From the NCBI GenBank assembly GCA_001179505.1, contig CDMY01000276.1, positions 1-64,000 on the forward strand: a stretch of 64,000 nucleotides of DNA. Direction: 5' to 3'. The position numbers and the translations under genes are program-made. Below, one piece after another: positions 11,131 to 22,900 of the stretch. How positions within the stretch are numbered: position 1 is the stretch's first letter; every line of letters begins with the position of its first letter. The notes below the pieces were generated by a model. It ran no database searches and had not been told where the DNA came from. It worked only from the letters and a program-made list of their open reading frames with translations. This stretch comes from Vitrella brassicaformis CCMP3155 (Eukaryota; Protista; Chromerida).

Positions 11131-11900
11131 GATCGCCATAAAGCTCGCACTGCTCGAAGGAAGCACCGTCTCGAAGGAAGGCTGCTCGTCAGGAAGGTAG
11201 GCACGCAGCGTGCAGCACAGGTGTTGGCAGCAGCAGCGAGATCTCACAAGAATGCACTGTTTTGTCCCCCCCAGATGGATTCTTCAGTGATGTCATCGCC
11301 GTCCTCTCTGCTGGTGCTCACTCTACTCTCGAGGAGGCCAGCGACCTCATTGTCGACGCCGAACGGTCGCTCTCATCTCATCTGCGACACACGCTCGAGA
11401 CCACACAGCGCGGCACACACGAGTCCATCCGGCGGCTCCACGGCCTCCTGACGGCACTCATCGACAATGCTTCCACGCCGCTTGGCGTGTCGGTGGCGGC
11501 CAATGTGCTGATGCTGTGGATGAGTGCCGGCTTGGTGCGGGAGGTGCGGTGCATTCGGGCGGCGACCGAATCTGCGGCCAAGTCAGCCCAGGCCGCTGCC
11601 GAGGCGGCACAGGGAGCACAGGTGGCCGCAAGCAACGTCCAGGTGTGCTGCTGTATTCAGTGACAGACAGCAGTTAATTAAGGCGGGCAGTGTGTCAGGC
11701 AGGGAGTGGGCCACGCGTGTGTGAGTACTGCACGGTGCCGCCTGCGTGGCTTTATGTCTCTGTGTGAGAGTGGCCGGTGTGATGTACAATAGATTGCGAT
11801 GAACAGACAGCCTTCTGTCGACGGCGGTGGCCGACTTAGAGGTAGTGAGGGAGGGACGAAGTGCGTGTGTTGGACCCGCTCAGCGCTTCACATGGGTTCG
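11130..11900 (+). pseudogene. Orphan gene Z, copy A (frameshifted)
   Basis: Same sequence as 39460-40157 but with a deletion of the DSRSLSILSS segment and an extra ctact at ~11325 that splits the frame. Confidence 0.5.
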
Positions 11901-14900
11901 AACATCAATGCCATCCCTGCGTTGCGTTCACCTGATGGCTCTCGTCACGGTACCCGCATCTTTCACCAGCACCAGCTCCATGTGCACAGTATAAAAGGCA
12001 TTAGGTCGGACTCCGCGCGTGGAGAAACGCCACGATCCCCTCGGTCACAGCTGTTTTTCGTGGGGAAGTATGACCGTGTGTGTGTGTATATATGTGGCTG
12101 GCCGGATGCCAACTGGTCAGCAGCTCATTTCTCGCTCTCATTCGGACTGTGCTTGCACTGCACATGTCTGTGTCGACGCCCGCGTCTCTTTCCACCGATC
12201 TTCAGGATCGATTGTGCGTCCATGCGATGCGTTCACACAGGGAGGCAGGGAGCAAGGACAGATAAACTTGTCAGCAGCTCTGTCATGCCGGAGCCACAGC
12301 CAGCAGCAGTGCGAGCCCTCAGACAGACAAGTGTGTGTCCGTCCGTCTGTCTGTCTGTCTGTCTGTCGAACGCGTGACGACACACACAGAAGTGTTCCCA
12401 TGACAGGCAGGCTGTGTCTGCCCCTCCTCGGAGTCCTCCCATAGTCAGGCAGGCAGGCAGGCCCTCTCTATAGACATGTGCAAACCTCATTTGCCAGCCA
12501 ATCCAACACGTGGGCACCGCGTGGGCATCGCATCAATCAGTGGACTTAGCTGTGGAGTGGGCGGGCGGCAAAAAATAGCGGTAGGTGCCGTGGCGCCAAC
12601 CGACAGACAGACAGACAGACAGATGCCAGCTGAAAAGCCTCGAGCGCACCAACCACACACATACACGTAGAGAGCTAGAGATGCACGTTGCACGATCCAC
12701 GTGAAGAGAATACAGACAACCCTTAGGTGTCTGTCACCCATCAGAACACACACACGAGCTGACCCTCACACATGCACACGCACTCCAATGTGGCCACATA
12801 CAGAGCAGATGTGGCAGCATACAGAGCATCACCATTGACGTGACGTGTACGGCGGCAGCAGCAGCAGCAGCAGGAAAACCGCCCGCTCGTGTGAGAGCTT
12901 TGAGCCGAGTGGAGGGAGCCGATAGAAGGAGAGAGGGGGAGAGGGGGGGTCACTGAATTAATTAAAGGGGCAGCAAACAAGCAGTCAGTGTTGGCTTGGC
13001 TCTTCTGTCTTCTGTTCTGTTCTGTTCTGTCCTGCGTGTGCATCGATCGTATCGATTCGTGTGTGTCACAAACAAAAGATACATAGGCCAAAATGAAAGT
13101 AATGGCCAGGGACCCACCATGCGATGCGATGCGACGCGCCTAAACCCTCCTCCCCTCCCCTCCCCCGCCGTCTTATAAAATCGATCGAAGCCCCAAAAGA
13201 GTGTTTGCATCCTGTGCTATTGCGCATATCGAGGAATGAATCAATCAAGTGTAGTTAGGTAGCAAATCCTAGTATGTACCACCAGCAGCACCAGCACCGT
13301 GACCCATCCCATGCCATCCCATACACACACAGGCTCCCATACTCACAGACACACACTAAGGGGGACCAAAAATATATCCGCACGAAGCGAAGCCATCACC
13401 GCCCACGTCATGTGACGTGACGGCCCATCCGTCCATCCTTCTCCCCATTTCCGTGCGGAAAAATACTTACACCTTCTCGATGGACACGCAATCAAACCCA
13501 CACACACGACACGCACCAGCACGGCAGGCAGACAGACCGAGTCGCTCGATAGTTCCTAGAGACCAAAAGGCAGACGACGAGAGGAAGACAGACAGACAGA
13601 CAGACAGCGGCAGCGAGGGAAGAAGCCCTCTGACAACACACACACATCAGCTGTGCTGTCGCAGTGACACCTGTGTGTGTGTGTGTGGAGGGATCTAATG
13701 CAACAAGTGCTTCTCTACAGAGGAGAGAGGAGAGCCAGCTAAGTGGCCGGCAGGGGCACACACACACACGTTGAGAGAAAACACTTGGACAACACAAGAA
13801 GGTCCATCCATCCATCCATCCGTGCAGCATCTAGCTGAGAGAGAGGGAGGGGGCATCGACTAAACAAAGTGTTACTCGCTCTCTCTCCTCTCTGTATGTG
13901 TGCCTGTGTGTGGAGGGGTGCGTGGCGTGGGCGGGTTGGTGGCTTGAAAGGGATCAAAACGGAACAAAACATGTGTGTGTGTGTGTGTGTGTGCGGACTA
14001 AGGTGTCTGAATCTGTCTGTGTGAGAGTGAGTGAATGTCCTTAGCACGTGTCGGATGACTGACAGGTAAGTGACAGGTAAGGCAAAGGAGCGATCATTGC
14101 CGCATGGGTGGTGGTTGAGGCACACACACACACACACGCCATCCGATGGAGGGATGGAGGGACACGCCATCCGATGGAGGGACACGCCATCCGATGGAGG
14201 GATGGAGGGATGGCTGGATGGAGACCTGTGAACAAATTCAAACAACACACAACCGACACGACACACGACAGAGTGAGACAGAGTGAGACAGGGTGGCTGG
14301 ATGCACGTGTCGCTCGCTGCTCATGGGGAGGTGAACCAATGAATGAGCAGCAGACAGACAGACAGACGGACAGACAGACATTCTCTCATCGATCCAAAAA
14401 GGGAAAGGGGTCGACCAAAAAACACCAACACCAGCCAATGAACAGACACATGGAATGGACAGATCAACACAATCATACGGTCAGTCATCGCACCGGGCGT
14501 GCAGAATACACACACACACACACACACACACAGAAATATAAAACACCAACGTTCATTTAGATGGTGCGGCCGCGGTGCGTTAGTTACATAAAAGAAAATT
14601 CCAGGTTTCTATGTATTTGCTGCAAGTAGGTGTGGATGATCCATCCATGCCAACCGAATACACATATGGATACACAGCTCACGGTGGGACTAGACAGACA
14701 GACAGACTAGTGGACAGAAAGAGAGAGGGACAAGCGTCGCAAAAAGGCCGGCCCATCCAGACGCCACAGCACTCCAGACGGACGGACGGAGGGAGGGAGG
14801 CAGGACACGCAGTCTCGATAGTCGACTAAATCACTCGCACGCACTCACGCACGCACGCACGCAGTCGCACATTCACTCACTCACTCAAAGATGCATGACG

Positions 14901-16403
14901 TGTGGATGGATCGGCTCATGGATAGATTGGTCAGGTATGCGACACAAACGTGGATGTGCATGTGTGTGTATGTATGTGTGTGTGTGTGTGTGTGGGCTGG
15001 TTGTGTGCAACAGGCCGCCAATCCTCACGTCAGCATATCGCCAGAGAGAGATGAGGGCCGCACAGCACAGCACAGCACAGCACAGCACAGCGCAGCGCAG
15101 CGCAGCAGAGCCCTCCTCTCTGCGCTGCACACTCATATATTCCTCTCTCATCCATGCCATGCCATGCCATGCAGCAATCACTATTCTCTTCAAAACACCC
15201 CAACCTCCCTCAGGCTCAGACTTGACTCATGCGGGCGCACACGCACTCTCCCAAACAGCCAGCCCAGCCAGGCAGCAAGACGGACAGCCGAGCGGACAGA
15301 CAGACAGACAGACAGACGCACCGATCGATGGATGCATTGTCGCACGGCTGGCTGGCTGATGGATAAAAAGGCAGGCGGGCAGGGAGCTCGTTGGACGGCA
15401 ACACATCCACCACGATCCCAGATACCCCACTCCCACCCGATGGATCAATCAATACTGTCCCATTTCTCCCCATATGAGAGTGAAAAAGAGAGACAGACAG
15501 ACAGACAGACATCGGTGCTCCCATTCTCTCCTCCACTGCCCCCCTCTCGGCTCGCAGCTCGACCCGTCCGCACTCACTCATCCGTTCGTTCGACAGCGAA
15601 AAAGACATAGATCCACACACACGAGAGCGCTCATGGACACACACAGACACACGGGCGGACGAAGGCAGAGAGAGAGGGGAGACCGCCAGATGGAGGGAGC
15701 ATTGGAAGAAGGCCACACACATCACATTACATCACACGACAGGACACGCCACGCATTGACATAAACAAAGACCCCAAATTCGCATATATCATCCGTTGAG
15801 CCATTCATCCGTTCACTCAGGCAGACATCACATGCATGCATGTGAGCCAATCAATGAATGGAATGAAATGATACGATACGATACGATACAGGTTGGTGCG
15901 CTCTCTTCTCTCGAGTGATTGACTCACTCATCTCGGCTGGCTGCATGTGTGTGGGTGTGTGTCAGCCCAGCCACACGCGCAGACACAAATACATACAATC
16001 CTTCCCACAGCCATCCCATCCAGCCAGCCATCCGTCAGTCAGTCAGTCAGTTCGCTCGGGAGGCTTGTACATATCTCACTCATCTCACATATGCGACTTG
16101 GTGTGTCTGTCGCAGGAATGAGCATCAGCCAGCGGTCATACAACATACTGACGGCTCAAAACCTCCCACAACTATCTAATGCAATGAATGGCGCGCATGT
16201 GTGTGTGTGTGTTGGATGCCATCAGTCGTCAGCCGTCGGCTGGCTGGTCACTCACTCACTCACTCGTCATAGCTGGAGGGAGCCGCAGCAAGAAGCTCTG
16301 AATGGGCCATCCAGTCACACCAGGCACACACAGACACACACAGACACAGGCACACAGGCATGCGTGTGAGATGTGATGTGATTGATGCACTCGTTTCCGC
16401 TCG

Positions 16404-17841
16404 TCAGCTAGTCATTGTCTCACCCTCTTTGCTGACGGCGAATCCCTCCAGCCACAGTGCCCTCTTGTCCCCCTTGCTCCCCGCCTGCTGGTGGTGGTGT
16501 TGGTGGTGCTGGTGACGGCTGCCGGCCGATGAGGCGCTGCTCTGGCGCATCAAGGCAGACGCAGGTAGCAGAGGAGTGTCATCCACTGGTGTGGTCAACG
16601 GTGGGGCGGGCAACGGAGAGGGAGACGGGAAAAAGGGCAGCAACGCCACTGGGCCGCCGCCACTGGATGCGGCACCCGCCGTGCTGCCCACCAGCAGCGG
16701 CGAGACCACCCCACTGCCCTCGGGGGTGTTGACGAGTGGCCCCTCGACACGCATGAGGGCCTTGCGGGGCGAGAGTGACACGAGCATGGCTGCGCATGGC
16801 AGGTGGTAGGGCTGTCTCTCCGGCGAGCACGGGGAGCTGGTGCTGCTGGGCGACGAGCATGGCGAGGGGGTGGTGCAGGTGGACGAGTGGTGGAGGGAGA
16901 GGGATGGGGAGGCGGAGGGGCGGGGAGGGCTGGGGTGGTGGTGGTGCGGAGGGGCGGAGCCGCGGTTGATTTCCTCTGTGCCGTGGGCCCACCGACAGTT
17001 GACATTCTCACACAAACCTGATCGATTCGTCCAGCATACACACATACTGTCAGACGAGACGTGGTGTAGTGGTTGTGTGCCATGGTGTGGTGTGGTGTGG
17101 TGACCGGCAAGCCAAGCCTTGCAGATGTTCTTCTTCTTGAATGCAGGTGTCGCCCTCAGTTCCGCCAGTGAGTGGGCGTACTGGCAGTGGGGGTTGCCGC
17201 AGTCGGGCCTGCTGTATGTGGATGACCGCTGGATGTGCGGACACAGAGAAGTCTTGCGCAAATCGGGCTGGCTGCGGAGGTCCTGCAGACAGACAGACAG
17301 ACAGACAACGAAATGCATTCAGTGGTCGGCAGGCGCCTACGTATGAGCACATACCTCTGGCCCGTGCGCATAGCGACAAGCCGCACCCCAATAGCACCTG
17401 CAAGTACGGAAGAACAAAACAAACCAATCACATGTTCACATGTCTGGTAACAAACCCGACAGTGAGGCGTACCGATTCTTAGTCGTGTCTGGGTCGTACC
17501 AACGACACAGCCTGACACCCACATGTGGGCACAGGACACACACAAATCACACAACACACACCACAGTGCTGGCGGAGGCCTCGCTTACAAGCGCTCACCG
17601 TGTTTTGTGGAACTAAGTTGCACCACACCGTCACCCAGGTACACACCACACACCAAAACCAACACAAACACAACAGACAGACAGACAGAAAACTGAGACA
17701 ACACTCGAGGCGGTGGCGTCTTTCTGCTCATCGGTGCTTCCTCACCTGAGTGAAGTATCTGTTGCGGAAGTCAGGGCTCTCTCTTTCGTCCACCAGACTC
17801 TCAGTGACGCCCGATGACTCCTCGCCTCGCCGCGACGTCAT
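16404..17841 (-). CDS. Triple CCCH zinc-finger protein (RNA-binding) with Ser/Pro-rich tail
   Basis: Spliced: MTSRRGEESS...RYFTQFHKTRLCRWYDPDTTKNRCYWGAACRYAHGPEDLRSQPDLRKTSLCPHIQ...CGNPHCQYAHSLAELRATPAFKKKNICKAWLA.GLCENVNCRWAHGTEEI; typical alveolate KTxLC...C...CxYAH repeats. Confidence 0.85.
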
Positions 17842-18126
17842 CTCGCTGTGAGGTCAGACAGCGAGCCCAGAAACTAATTGCTGGCTGGCGGAGAGCTTTT
17901 GATGGCGCAGGGTGCGCCTTTGCCCTCCCCGCTCGGCGGGCAGCCCCGGTCCGACGCACTTGTCTGCAGATCTTGGCTGGGGATGCGGTAGTTCTGGCTG
18001 TGCGGGGACGCTTGCGGCTCTCTCCCTGTTGGCTTATTGGAGAAAGGGAAGAAAGTGAGGAAGATGGTTGGGGCAAAGGTCAGGCAAGAAGTCGAGATTC
18101 TCGACGGGCCCCATACCCCCCCCCCC

Positions 18127-18426
18127 NNNNNNNNNNNNNNNNNNNNNNNNNNNNNNNNNNNNNNNNNNNNNNNNNNNNNNNNNNNNNNNNNNNNNNNNNN
18201 NNNNNNNNNNNNNNNNNNNNNNNNNNNNNNNNNNNNNNNNNNNNNNNNNNNNNNNNNNNNNNNNNNNNNNNNNNNNNNNNNNNNNNNNNNNNNNNNNNNN
18301 NNNNNNNNNNNNNNNNNNNNNNNNNNNNNNNNNNNNNNNNNNNNNNNNNNNNNNNNNNNNNNNNNNNNNNNNNNNNNNNNNNNNNNNNNNNNNNNNNNNN
18401 NNNNNNNNNNNNNNNNNNNNNNNNNN
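18127..18426. other. Scaffold gap (300 N) flanked on both sides by poly-C
   Basis: cataccccccccccc before and accccccccccccccccccccccg after. Confidence 0.95.
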
Positions 18427-18514
18427 ACCCCCCCCCCCCCCCCCCCCGCTGAGACGACGTTCCCCTGCACGTCTTGGAATTCCTCTTCTTTCAAGCAGGT
18501 AGTCCCCCCCCTCA

Positions 18515-19859
18515 ATGGATACCGAGTCTGAGTCACACATCTCATCTGGCCTTGAGACCGACTCAGGCGACAGCGGCCACGACTTCTTTGTGCCGCCAGC
18601 GAAGCTGAGGCAGCGGAGAGCCGCCAAGCCCGTGACTACAGAGGAGGAGAAGAGGCCCGGTGAAGTGGTCATTGACCTGCAGCATCTGCTGGCGAGCCTG
18701 CAGGAGGAAGATGAGGGCGAACTTGAGGGGCTCACCGACGCCCAGAAGGAGAGAAAATGGGCCAAGAGGCGGGAGATCGGCGTCGTGCGTGAGTATGACG
18801 TGTCGTTGACGAGCCCCGCTGGCGAGGCCGCGTCGCTGCTAAGCGCCGGTCAGAAGGAGTGGGCGTGCCTGGAGTTCTGCCTGGCTGTCGAGCAGGGTGC
18901 GCTGTCCAGCCGGCGGCTTGTGGCACAGTGCATCGAAACGGCGAGGGAGCAGAGTGAGGACTGCAACATCAACGTGGCCTTGACGCAAAGACGCTTCATC
19001 ACACTGGTCGGTCGGTGCACGGGACACCGTTTGTTTGATTGTCTGTCGCGTCATGCTTTGCTTGTTGATGGGTCGGTGGGTGGGTGCAGGATTGCTATCG
19101 GAAGATAGAGGTGCGATTGCTGCCGGAGATCTTGGCAGAGACGCTCACGATACTGAGCAAAGAGGCCGAGCAGGCGGCGCCTATCGCAGGACACCAAGCG
19201 ACAGCTGAAGGTCACGCAGACATACACATTTGCAGACAGAGAGGGAATGACGTTATGGATGGCTGTCGGCATATTGTCTGTGTACTGCAATTCATTCAGA
19301 GCGTCAGTATTTCGGCATCCTGTCGAAGGGAAGAACGGTCGTATTTGCTGTGAGAAAGGCGGGTGCGAGTGGCCTGCTGACATAAGCGCAGCTGCCACAG
19401 CACAGAGAGAGAGACACGATTGATGCTATCTCGCCGGCTAGCATCACTCCACTCCCTGCGTCCCTCCTCTGTGGTGCATGGCGTGCAACACACATACAGG
19501 TAGGGTGTTCACGATGCACCTCTTGGATCCCAACATCGAGCAGAAGAGGGGACCCGCGATTATCGTCTTTACTGAGTGAGTGAGGGAGGGAGCCAAGCGA
19601 GACATAGACATGCCCGGATCCGAGGTGCATCATGTGTTCGACTGTCTGTCTGTCTGTCAGCCCCGAGAAGCTGCGCGGCTACGTGGAGGTCATTTATTCA
19701 AAAGACCCTCTGGTATGGTTTGCATCTTTGTGTGTGTATGAGCACGTACAAGCTGGAGGACTGACTGGCCGTGTCGTATTGTTGTGCTCGGCTGCAAAGG
19801 TGCGGATGATGCGAGACGCACGGTACCGTTGCTGGATCATACGAAGCAGAACCATGTAA
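18515..19859 (+). CDS. Hypothetical multi-exon protein, no recognised domain
   Basis: Long first exon MDTESESHISSGLETDSG...QRRFITLVG, then GT-AG exons DCYRKIEVRLLPEILAE, RVFTMHLLDPNIEQKRGPAIIVFT, PEKLRGYVEVIYSKDPL, VRMMRDARYRCWIIRSRTM*. Confidence 0.55.
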
Positions 19860-19949
19860 GTAAGGCATGCAGAATGGATGGAATGCTGAAAGATAAACAT
19901 GCTCCTTCGTCCGTCCGTCCATCCGGCCATTTGATTGATCACTGATCAG

Positions 19950-22900
19950 GTATGTGAGACCGCCGAATCGCCCCAACTTCACATCGAGGCACAGAGTGAG
20001 TGACTGAGTGACCAATCGAATCAACAGGAATCGCTCCAATCCTTCATCTCTCCAACGACGACAGGTCCACGAAGAGGCCGGTATCGGCACCGCACAAGAC
20101 CAGCTCGGTGGGCCGCATTGCAGGCAGCTTGGGAAACACAACGCACCATCAAGCCAGTCGACCAGGTCTCTCGTGGGTGCGGTGCAGACCCTAAGTATCC
20201 TGTGAGTCTGACCTACACGTACGTGAGCTCCTGTGCAACCCTCAACGACCACGGAACGACCAAGGCACGCGCCGCACGACACACGGACGTTGCCATCAGA
20301 CTGCTCTCTGTGTGTGTGTCTCTGTGACTGTGCTGCAGAAGTATGAGCGCACCTTCACCTGGTCTCCCTTTTGCGGCATGACGTCGGGCACGGTGGCACA
20401 AATCATCAAAGCCGCCAGGAGGGACGCCGAGAAGGTACACAAACACGGGGCTGGCTGAAGGCTGCCTGCCTTGTTTGCCTCCTCCACGTGTGCTGTTGTG
20501 TGTGTGTGTCGCCCACGAATCGGATGCAGGAGGGTGAGGGCGGGCGGAGAAAAAGACGGCAGAAGGGCCGGGAAAGAGTCAAGAAGCCGAGAGGCGGACA
20601 GATATGACCAACGCACTGAGCCAGCCCGCCAGCAGCCAGTGGGCTTTCTGCCCCTTGACGCTTCTGTACTTTGTTGTTCATCTGAGTGAGTGAGTCATCG
20701 AGTGGGGCATTAGGCAGGCAGGCAGGCAGGACGAGTCGAGCCTTTTGGGGTGTTCATGTCGGGCGTGAAGACACACACACACACATCTACAGAGTGAATT
20801 CATTGACTCGTGTGTGTATGCATCGATCTGCAATTTGTGGTTTCGGTCGAGGTTATTGAACTTGCCCTCGTCGATTTGAGTGAGAGACACATTTCGGCCT
20901 CACACTCACACCACACCTCTGTCTTTCTGAGTGTTTCCATCAAGGCCTTCACACCTCAAAACACCGCCAGTCGATATGTCGCTTTTCGTCTTGACATCGA
21001 TCCATCCCTACCACACCCTCGTACGTATCCTCTCCCAGCCACCTGCCTGCCTGCCTGCCTGCCTGTGCACCCACCCACCCACCCACCCACATACACCGAG
21101 CTAGTCAGTCAGATCTGTCCCTCGAGCAGCCTCGACAAAGCACCCGTCAACACGGTCACCCTCGACGCCAGCTCAGGCTCACCCCCACCTCCAGCCCCCA
21201 CTCCCGCTGCCATCAAGCCACTGCCGTCGTACACTTCGCCCTCCGGCACACGAATGCTCCCGTTCAGGCTATCACGCACCTCCCGCATCCGTCTCTTCGA
21301 ATCGTCGCTCCGCTCGGCCAGCGCCAGACTGCCCACCATGTGGCTGCGGAAGACGATCGACGCAACCACCACCTCCAAAAGTTGCAGCGCCCTGCCGTTG
21401 AAGTCGCTCAGGTGTGTGGCGAGCATCCGCACCACCAGCAGGAGCAGATTGGAGTAGCCGTCGTCGAGCTGACGGGGGACAGACGGGGAGGAGGTGGCCA
21501 AGAGGATGGTGAAAAAGGCGCCGACAAGCGCGAGGGACGACGGCCGACATGCAGATGCGCCGATATCGTTAGGGAGGGAGATGTTGGGCTGGTCCATATC
21601 GAGGCCGAAGGAAGACAGCAGACGCTCTGAATGAATGAATGAAATGAATGGCAATAGCAAACATACCAACACATGTTTTGCGGCTGCGTGTGCGTGCTCA
21701 CCGTCGAGCAGTTTTCCGAGCAGCTGATCGACCGTGCCTGCATCAGACCCTGCCATGTCGATGATCTGTTTCACCGACGCGCCAGAAGGGGGCGGTGGCG
21801 GCAGGTCCTCCAGACACGCCTTGACGACGGCCAGCGCCACCTCCTCGCTGCCGGCACCGCAAGCCACAAGCCGATCGCCTCTCTCTCTGATCTGTTGGTC
21901 GACTTTTTCCTCCCCCCACAGTCTGTGGAACGGTGTGGGTATCAGAGACGTGACGAACAGATGCAGGAACAGCAGGCCGGACGCCGAGGGTGCTGATGCT
22001 GCCGTGTCGGCGCTGCTGGTGGTGCTGCTGCTGGTGCCGTCAGGCAGGATACGAGTGAGGGGCAGTGCGACGTTTTGCACCGCTTCAAGGGCCTGACACA
22101 CACACACACAGAGAGAGGGAAAGGGATATATGGCGCATAGGTGTGAGTGAGACACGTGTGCATGCGTGCATGCTCATGCCTACTTCCTCGGCTGATCGCA
22201 CTTGCGGCATCGCTGGACACCGCGCCAGCGCCCGGGCAGCCACCCGCAGCAGCGACCAGTGGCGGTCCAGTGGCTCAATGCCGCCACCACCCCCACCATC
22301 AATCAAACTCTGGCCGTCTTTGTGCAGGATGGTCATCACAAACTGCAGCCGGGCCTCCATCGGCAGCGCGCTGCAGACGGGGATGCCCACAACCGCCTGA
22401 CACAGAAAAGCCACAATATATAACATACCAGCTCTAGCTGAGGATAACGCGCGGAGAGAGCGTCACCTCTCTGCGCCAATCCATACCTCCACGAGCAGCT
22501 CCCGCGCAGCTCGATGCAGCACCGGTACATGGCCGTCGTCACGTCCCGCCCCTGCCTCTCCCACCACCACGAGTGCGGCCAGGCGAGCGAGCAGCGCTGC
22601 GGGCATCTTGGTCATGTGCAGGAGGTGAGGCACGAAGGCGACCGCCAGAAGCTGGGTGGACAGCGGCAGCCCCACCACGACTGGCGGCGACGAGTTCGAG
22701 CCCACCAGAAAGGGCACCTGATGGATGGATGGATGGATGGACAAGCATACACACGGTGGGTGGTCGGTGTTGAATCGCACTATCCGCTCACCGATGCAAC
22801 GAGCAGCCGCGTCCGCAGCTGCTGGGCACTCGCCCTGACGGACGGACAGGCAGGCAGACAGATCCACACATACACAACACAACACACATGCAGCCCGGTT

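Larger units (their letters stand above)
8290..12010 (+). repeat. X-Y-Z orphan cassette, copy A
   Basis: 8290-9820 matches the reverse complement of 28270-29800; 10419-11340 matches the reverse complement of 26270-27206; 11130-12010 matches 39380-40260 directly. Introns and microsatellites are included in the matches. Confidence 0.85.

Noticed and set aside
11196-11220. Apparent 20-24-nt GT-AG mini-intron in all Z copies
   Set aside because: A better acceptor with a pyrimidine tract (ctttgtccccgtcag) lies ~50 nt downstream, giving an ordinary ~75-nt intron
11870-11920. GGGTTCGAAC resembling a tRNA T-loop
   Set aside because: No T-stem pairing or cloverleaf, and the motif is absent from the paralogous copy at 40145
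12830-12900. Minus-strand poly-Cys/poly-Leu mini ORF
   Set aside because: Produced by a (CAG)n repeat; no supporting exon structure
3175-16400. Many ORFs rich in CVCV/HTHT/DRQT/WMDG
   Set aside because: Translations of (GT)n, (CA)n, (CAGA)n and (GATG)n microsatellites in introns and UTRs, not proteins
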